From the NCBI RefSeq assembly GCF_009914755.1, contig NC_060933.1: DNA of 64,000 nt. One strand, 5' to 3'. The position numbers and the translations under genes are program-made. Source of the stretch: the human T2T-CHM13v2.0 reference genome, Homo sapiens. The notes beneath the pieces were generated by a model, which was not told the DNA's origin, did not search any database, and worked only from the letters and a program-made list of their open reading frames with translations. Shown piece by piece: positions 55,384-64,000 of the stretch. Within the stretch, counting starts at the first letter, position 1; each line of letters begins with the position of its first letter.

Positions 55384-57239
55384 TCCTAAAGGGAGAACTT
55401 CAAGATGAAATGAAAGTACACTAGACAGTAACTCAAAGTCATACAAAAAGATAAAGATCTCCAGTTAAGGTAAGTATCATGGACAAATATAAATACCAGT
55501 ATCGTAATTTTGGCTTATAACTCTGCTTTTTTATTTTCTACAGGATTTAAAAGACACATGCATAAAATAATTATAAATCTATGTTGACAAGTACATTGAT
55601 ATCAATGTAAAATCAATTGATTTAAGGTTGTTATAACTTTAGGATATTATATGTAATCCCTGTGGTAACCACAACAAAAATATCTAAAGTATATGTAAAA
55701 GGAAATGAGAAAGGAATAAAAATATGTCACTAAAAAACATCAATTAAACACAAAGGAAGGCAGTAATGGAGGAATTTAGGGGCAAAATAGTTATAAGACA
55801 TATAGAAAATAAATAAAGTGGGAAAAATGAGTTCTTCCCTGTTCTTAATTATTTCAAATGTAAATGGATCAAATTCCATAATTAAAAGATGTAGATTGGC
55901 AGAACAGATTTAAAAAACAGTGTCCAAATATATGCTATCCATAAGAGACTCACTTTAGGTCCAAGAATATACACAGGTTGAAAATAAAAGCATGGAAAAA
56001 GATATTTCATGCAAATAGTAACCAAAAGAGAACAGGAATGGTTGTATTAATGTTAGACAAAATAGACTTCAAGTCGACAACTGTTAGAAGAAAGACATTA
56101 TCTGATGGTAAAAAGTGGATTCACCAAGATTTAACAATTATATACATAAATTCAACAAACAATAGAGCCCCAAATTGTATGAAGCAAACATTGACAGAAT
56201 TGAAGGGAGAAATAGCTCTGCAATAATAATGGGAGACTTCAACACCTGACTTTCATAATAGGTAAAACATTCAGACAGAAGATCAATAAGTAAGGAGAGG
56301 ATTTGAACAGCAATATAGACAAATTGGACCTAACAGATATATAGAATTTTCCTTCCAACAACAGCAGAATACATACTTTTCTTAAGTACACAATGAACAC
56401 TCTCCAGGATAAATCATGTGTTAGGCCACAAAACAAGTTTTTAATACATTTTAAAAGATTGAAATCATTCATTTTTTTCCAGTCACAGTACAATGAAACT
56501 AGAAATCAACAGTGGAAGAAAAATTGAAAAATTCACAAATATGTAGAAGTTAAACAACACACACTTAACAAAAGGGTTGAAGAAGAATTCACAAGGGAAG
56601 TTAGAAAATAGCTTGAAACAAATGAAAACACACACCACAACTTACAGGATGCAGCAAAAGTAATGCTAAGAGGGAAATTTATAGCTGTAAATGCTTACAT
56701 TAAAAAAGAATAAAGGTCTAAATCAACAATTAACTTTCCACCTTAAGGAGCTAGGAAAAGGAAAAACCCCCAGAGCTAGCCAGAGGAAGGAAATAACAAA
56801 TATTAGAACAGAGATAAGTAAAACAAAGAATAGAAAAACGACAGAGGCAATCAATGAAACCAGGAGTTGGTTGTTTGAAAAGATCAAGAAAATGGTGGAT
56901 AAATCTTTAGCTAGATTGACTAAGAGAAAGAAGACTCAAATAATTAACATCAAAAATGAAAGGGGACATTGCTACTGATTTTACAGAAATAAAAAGGAGT
57001 TCAAGAGAGTACTGTGAACATTTGTATACCAACAAATTGAATAGTCTACGTGAAATGGATGAATTGCTAGAAATACACAACCTAGGAAGAATGTCATGAA
57101 GACATAGAAACCTGAATATAACTATAACTGTGTAAGGAGATTGAATCAGTAATCAAAAACCTCCCAATAAAGTAAAGCCCAGGACCTTAAGGCTTTGCTG
57201 ATTAATTCTACCAAGCATTTAAAGAATTTGCACCAATCC

Positions 57240-57647
<408 letters not shown>

Positions 57648-57953
57648 TCAAAGACTCTACAAGAAAGAAAACTACAGACCAATAATCTTTATGAATGTTA
57701 ATGCAAAAATACTCAGTAAAATGCCAGCAAACTGAATTTCAGCAGCATATTGAAAGGATGATACACAGAGTAGGATTTATTCCTGGAATTCAAAAACAGT
57801 TCAACATCCCACAAAAATCAGTGTAATATGCCACATTAACGAATGAAGGAAAAAAGACACATAATCATTTCATTGATGCAGAAAAAGCATTTGACAAAAT
57901 TCAACATCTTTTTAAAGATGACAAAAACAACACATTAAAAATAAAAGGAAACA

Positions 57954-58215
57954 AGCCAGGCACGTTGGCTCGTGCCTCTTGAGGTCAGGAGTTCAAGGCC
58001 TGCCTGACCAACATGATGAAACCACATCTCTACAAAAAAAAATATAAAAATTAGCCAGCATGGTGGTACATGCCTGTAGTTCCAGCTGCTTGCTTGGGTG
58101 GCCAAGGCACGAGAATCACTTAAGCCTGGGAGACGGAGGTTGCAGTTTGCTGAGATTGCAACACTGTGCTCCAGCCTGGGCAACAGAGTGACTCCGTCTC
58201 AATAAAAAAAAAAAA
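57954..58215 (+). mobile_element. Alu with left-arm internal deletion, nested in L1
   Basis: ggctcgtgcct joined to cttgaggtcagg; TSD aaaaggaaac. Confidence 0.88.
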
Positions 58216-58658
58216 AGGAAACTACTTCAACATATAAGGTCATTTATGAAAAACCCAGAGCTAACATCGTACTCAGTGGTGTCATGATTGAATTGTTTTT
58301 CCTGTAATATCAGCTACGAAGAATGGATACCTGTTTTTGCCAGAAAAGGACAAAGATTGTATGATTTCATGTTGTACCTAGAGTCATCAAATTCACAAAG
58401 ACAGAAAAGAGAATGGTAGTTGCTAGTAGCTGGGGGACTGGAGAATGGGGAGTTATTGTTTAATGAGTACAGAGTTTCAGTTTGGAAAGTGCCTGTAGCT
58501 ATATAGGTGTTATAGTTGCATAACAGTGTGGATATACCTAATGCCACTTAACTGTACACTTAAAAATGCTTAAAATGATTAAATTTTTTGTTTTGTATAT
58601 TTTGCCACAATAAGAGGAAATCAAGAGAGAAAAATTTGCTATTTAGAAACAACAATGA

Positions 58659-58952
58659 GGCCGGTTGTGGTGGCTCACGCCTGTAATCCCAGCACTTTGG
58701 GAGGCCGAGGCGGGCGGATCATGAGATCAGGAGGTCAAGACCATCCTAGCTAACACGGTGAAACCCTGTCTCTACTAAAAATACAAAAAATTAGCTGGGC
58801 GTGGTGGTGGGCACCTGTAGTCCCAGCTACTTGGGAGGCTGAGGCAGGAGAATGGTGTGAACCAGGAGGCGGAGCTTGCAGTGAGCCTAGATTGAGCCAT
58901 TGCACTCCAGCCTGGGAGACAGAGTGAGACTCTGTCTCAAAAAAAAAAAAAA
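58659..58952 (+). mobile_element. AluY-like
   Basis: Full dimer; TSD aacaatga. Confidence 0.92.
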
Positions 58953-59329
58953 ACAATGAAATTACTGTGGATCAATATTTAAATTCTGGTGCTAATTTCA
59001 ATTTTTAAATTCATTTATTAAAAAAGAAAGGCCAAAAGTAAAAGAATAATTTAGAAAACTAGAAAAGGAACAAAGTAAAGAAAATAGAATTATACACATT
59101 ATTACATTATTAAGATAAAAATAAGAACATAATATAAATTGTAACTAATTCATTGAAAAGAATAAAATAGAGACACTTTTGAAAAGTCTAATCTGAGGGA
59201 AAAAGTCAAATACATAGAAACACTTAAGCAGAAAGGCCATCTAACCAATAACAATGTTTATTTATAATACTTAATATTTTGTGTACAATTTTATTCAAGT
59301 ACATTTGGAAGAATAAGGACAAAGGAATA

Positions 59330-59570
59330 ATGGCTGCACTTATTGAGTGTTTATGGTAAGGTAGGAACTGTCATTCTTGGTGCTTTCCATGGATTATCTC
59401 ATTTAATACTCAGAATATCCATATGTGATAGGCACTATTATACCCATTTTACATATGAGAAAGCTGAGGCACAGTGCACTTAAGTAACTTGCTCAAGGTC
59501 ATAGCCAATAAGTGGCAGGGTCAGGATCTGAATCCATGTGGTCTTACTGCAAAGCTTACACTTTTAATCA
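59330..59570 (-). mobile_element. MIR
   Basis: cccattttacatatgagaaagctgaggcacag...aagtaacttgctcaaggtca core. Confidence 0.85.
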
Positions 59571-60679
59571 GCCTCTCTCCACAGACAGCTATCAAGGAAA
59601 TTGGTCAAAATGAAAACCACAGAAAAATTTCCCCCTTTTTTTTGATCTTGTTGTATTTTGTACTTTTTCATTAGGTCATCGAGACATATTATTTATCCCA
59701 GTATTCTTCCAAGCACAGTGTACTGTGCTTTGGTATTCACTGAAAGTTAGTTCACAATAAAACTGAATAAATGGCATTCCTTTTCCTCTCCCTGTCCTTC
59801 CACTGACTCTGACAGCCGGAACTGAGAACAGAAATAAAGCTAATGACCTACCTATCGTATAACAGTTCCTCAACACTTGTCTCCACTTGGTGAAAACTCA
59901 TCACTTACAAATCCTTGCTTTATGGATCAAGAAATGATGAAGTATAGGCGCACAGTAACAAGTGTCTAAAATTTTTGTCTGTAAAGATTAAAGGATGTGC
60001 ATCCTAATGGAATCTCTCCCATTCACCAAACAACTGGCTTAAGCATACATCCAAAGGACATTTTCTTAGATCCATTTCTGGTTTTCTTTAGAACCCAAAC
60101 ACATTGTAGGAGAGAAAGGGATGCTGAGCCCCTCTCCTCTGCTCCTGGGTTGCAGAATGGAAGTGAGAATGCAGTACCTTACCCCTGGTGGTGCTGTGTC
60201 ACAGGAGCCTCCATTTCCTGCTGGAGATGTGAGATTTGCAGGATCCAAGATGTCCTCGAGTAAAAGTCCATTGTGAGGAGGGACAGGTAAAGGAGGCAGA
60301 GAGAACATCAAATGTAACATATGGGTGACCTTATAAGTTCAAAGATAAATTTCCCCCAAATTGTGACATTTTCAAGCATATAGGCAGTATGGCCTTGCCC
60401 CGGTTCCCCTCAGCAACTGTAACAGGCATTGGGTGCTCATACAGAGCATCCTATAAAGCCTCCATATGAGAGAAGCTGTGGGGAATAGACCTATAGTTAA
60501 ACCACTGTGATGAATCAGTTTAGAATTTTAATTAGCACTATGGTCTGTATGGAAACACCTTGGATGCCAGTAAACTGAGTGATTCAGTCAGATCCACCTC
60601 ATCTACGGATGAGAACTGTAGACCAGCACTTCATAGACTTTACAGTTGATTAATTACTTTTTGCTAAGTTGTGGTTTTT

Positions 60680-60955
60680 TTTACTTTTTAACAGTTTTAA
60701 TAAAGTATAATTGACATGCAATAAACTGTACATACTTCAAGTATACAATTGATAAGTTTTGACTTATGTACATGTAAAACCATCACCACAATTAACATAA
60801 TAAACATACCCATCATCCCAGAATTTTCCTTCTGCCCCTTTGTGACCCACCTCTCCCATTCTTCCCCATCCCCTTATCCCCAAGCAACCACTAGTCTGCT
60901 TTCTGGCACTATGGATTAGTTGGCATTTTGGGGATTTTTATATAAATGAAATCTT
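60680..60955 (-). mobile_element. L1M 3' end fragment
   Basis: aaagtataattgacatgcaataaactgtacatac...caaccactagtctgctttctg. Confidence 0.75.
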
Positions 60956-61277
60956 TGGGGAACAATCTGTAAGCTTAAAGCTGCTATAAAAGAAAAACCT
61001 GAATTTAGGAAATGTTTTTAGACAGTGGAAAGTGATGTTTATAACAAAAATGAAGTTGATACTTGTAGGTTTTCTGTAATATTTTTTCTCCTTAATAAGC
61101 TTTTTATATGAGTTTGAATTTTTGAATTATTACTAAATAGAGCATATTTAAACATAAAATGTTTATTTTTAAATTAATTAAAAATTTAATGATTTTCCAT
61201 TTTTATGTCCCCAAGTTACCTCTTCAACCCAAAGTTGCTTCACTTGATTTTTGTTTGTATTTTTAATCCTTTTACAG

Positions 61278-61377
61278 AGCATATAGGATTGGACAATGTA
61301 GAGATGTCAAAGTGCTTAGGCTGATATCCTTGGGAACTGTGGAGGAAATCATGTATTTACGACAGATATACAAGCAG
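61278..61377 (+). CDS. ERCC6L2: ERCC6L2 exon 13 (100 nt): [33 protein letters not shown], motif VI
   Basis: ccttttacag|A acceptor, CAG|gtaaat donor; completes QAIDRAYRIGQ. Confidence 0.97.
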
Positions 61378-61574
61378 GTAAATATGTTTCCCTTTTTCTG
61401 TTTCAGAGGTCAACATTTATCTGTTTTCAAAAATTAGGAACAAATTTGTGTAAAATGTAAGTTTTAAATCTTACTGTATTGCGGAATTTAATAAGATTAT
61501 AAAAATTACCCTTGAATACACTTTTATGAAACAGATTCTTTGGTTCATTGAATTTTTGAGCTGAAAGTTTTCTA

Positions 61575-61738
61575 GAGCAGTACCTCTTAAACTTTAGTGT
61601 ACATGCGAATTACCGAGGGATCTTGTCAAAATACTGATTGTGATTTAGTAGGTCTGAGTTAGAGCCCATGATGTGGAATTTTTAACTAGCTCCCAGGAGT
61701 CCTAGTAAAACTAATCAGCCCACATTTTGAGTAGCAAG
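61575..61738. mobile_element. MER5-type hAT MITE
   Basis: cagtacctcttaaactttagtgtacatgcgaattacc...cacattttgagtagcaagg. Confidence 0.72.
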
Positions 61739-61851
61739 GTCACAGCTCCCCAAACTACAGGCCAAGATGTAATGGTTTACCACAAATGGGCTACAGGTGC
61801 ACTGATATGTTGGTCCCACAGCTTTCTGGACAGCAAGAGTACCTAAGCCAG

Positions 61852-62221
61852 TGTGTTAGTTCATTCTCATGCTGCCATAAAGAACTGCCCAAGACTGGGT
61901 AATTTATAAAGGAAAGAGGTTTAATTGACTCACAGTTTCACATGGCGGGGGAGGCCTCAGGAAACTTACCATCATGGTGGAAGGGGAAGCAAGCATGCCC
62001 TTCTTCACAGGATGGCAGGAAGGAGAAGTGCTAAGCAAAGAGGGAAAAACCACTTATAAAACCATCAGATCTCTTGAGAACTCAATATCCTGAGAACAGC
62101 AGCATGGGTATAACTGCCCCCATGATTCAGTTACCCACTGGATCCCTGCCACAGCATGTGGGGATTATGGGAACTGTAATTCAAGATAAAATTCGGGTAG
62201 GGACACAGTGAAACCATATCA
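61852..62221 (-). mobile_element. THE1-type MaLR solo LTR
   Basis: Minus strand starts TGATATGGTTT; gactgggtaatttataaaggaaagaggtttaattgactcacag; flanks gccag/gctag. Confidence 0.9.
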
Positions 62222-63233
62222 GCTAGCTGCCAGCCTTTGAGTAACCTCTTCTTTTTACACCAGGTAGATATTCATATGTTACCATTTTCTACATGTGCCA
62301 TCACATGAAGATTAGGGAGCACTACCTTAGAGGTGCATGATGTACATGATGAAACTGGGACCCCAGAGATCCCCCAGTAAATGAAATTATAGGAATAGAG
62401 CTTAAGTGTGCTAACTACTTTCCTGGTACTTTTAGTATTCGTCCGAAATTGCATTAACTCTTTAATATGCTTGAGATATCAATTACTACTTCATTTATGC
62501 CTCTAAACAAACAATATTTATTTAGTTTACAACTGGATACTTGAGACAATCTGGAATAAGGTTCACGTGTAATCATAAATATTACATTTGAATTGCTTCC
62601 TATATGTTCAGTTGGCATCTATTTAAGAGCAAACATCTGCCACATGTGTTGGTAGTTAACCTAAGAATGATCCAATCTTAAATTTATGCTATTTTCTTCA
62701 TTCTAAAAATAGAATTGTACACAGCAGTTTTTGTTTTGTCTTAAAGCTTTTAGCTCTGTAATAAACAGTTCATTTTTTTTTTTTTTTTTGGTATAGCACA
62801 ACTACTTGAAAATTATTTTTTTCTAACCTATTTAACCAACCTTGGGAAAAAGTGGGAAGTTACTCATCTTAGGAGCTGTTCTTTTGAGTACTGTCTTAGA
62901 CTACTCTCAAGTAAGAGTCTTTCCTCAATTATGTAGTAATTTTTTTCAGTCCATTACTATATACATTTCCTTTTTACCTATTCATGCGACTCATTTAATG
63001 AAATGTCTTGTTATAAAATATACATTGTGCAGTAGTATATGATAAAACACGCTTCAGAAGATGAGGTAATTTAAGAACTTTATATGACACAAATAAAGAT
63101 AAGATGGCAATCATGGAAGGAAAAGGCACTAAATATGGTTTAAAGATAGTTTGGAATTTTAACCAATGGAGCACACCTTCTAGCCTCCCAGGTTGGCTTT
63201 CAATCTTTTGGGGAAAAAAAATCCAAAAATTAT

Positions 63234-64000
63234 GTTTTTGTTTTTTTTTTTAAATTATACTTTAAGTTTTGGGATACATGTGCACAATGTGCAGGTTAGT
63301 TACATATGTATACATGTGCCATGTTGGTGTGCTGCACCCATTAACTCATCATTTAACATTAGGTATATCTCCTAATGCTATCCCTCCCCCCTCCCCCCAC
63401 CCCACAACAGTCCCCAGAGTGTGGTGTTCCCCTTCCTGTGTCCATGTGTTCTCAATGTTCAATTCCCACCTATGAGTGAGAACATGCAGTGTTTGGTTTT
63501 TTGTTCTTGCGATAGTTTACTGTGATGATTTCCAATGTCATCCATGTCCCTACAAAGGACATGAACTCATCATTTTTTATGGCTGCATAGTATTCCATGG
63601 TATATATGTGCCACATTTTCTTAACCCGGTCTATCATTGTTGGACATTTGGGTTGGTTCCAAGTCTTTGCTATTGTGAATAGTGTGCATGTGTCTTTATA
63701 GCAGCATGATTCATAGTCCTTTGGGTATATACCCAGTAATGGGATGGCTGGGTCAAATGGTATTTCTAGTTCTAGGTCCCTGAGGAATTGCCACACTGAC
63801 TTCCACAATGGTTGAACTAGTTTACAGTCCCACCAACAGTGTAAAAGTGTTCCTGTTTTTCCACATCCTCTCCAGCACCTGTTGTTTCCTGACTTTTTAA
63901 TGATTGCCATTCTAACTGGTGTGAGATGGTATCTCATTGTGGTTTTGATTTGCATTTCTCTGATGGCCAGTGATGGTGAGCATTTTTTCATGAGTTTTTC
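63234..64000 (-). mobile_element. Young primate L1 (L1PA2-4-like) 3' end, continues beyond window
   Basis: poly-T tail, L1PA 3' UTR; ORF 63470..63991 is the L1 ORF2 C-terminus with small deletions. Confidence 0.93.

Noticed and set aside
59997-60320. Overlapping ORFs in a more GC-rich unique patch
   Set aside because: No domain similarity and no convincing splice pair; exons 12 and 13 already join in frame.
63470-63991. 173-aa ORF
   Set aside because: L1 ORF2 C-terminus with internal deletions; not a host gene.

Overview
Primate (very probably human) genomic DNA covering the interior of ERCC6L2, a SNF2/RAD26-like ATPase involved in DNA end joining, on the + strand. I located 11 consecutive coding exons (3205-61377) that splice into one open frame of 1476 nt / 492 codons carrying SNF2 motifs Ia-VI. 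Their sizes match my recollection of exons 3-13 (about c.472-1947). Intron 7 has a non-canonical GC donor. The introns hold a PARK7/DJ-1 processed pseudogene, a truncated 5S rRNA pseudogene, about 20 Alus, old and young L1s, solo LTRs (MER11, THE1, MLT1), Tigger1/Tigger3/MER2/MER58/MER5 DNA-transposon fossils, MIR/L2 remnants and microsatellites. I found no new protein-coding gene or prokaryote-type system. The most unusual unexplained structure is three short-range direct duplications (about 125-400 bp, 1-3.5 kb apart) that look like templated insertions, one with a complex repair-like junction. The Alus also switch orientation in a way that favours back-splicing. Repeat subfamily calls come from memory of consensus sequences and need RepeatMasker confirmation.
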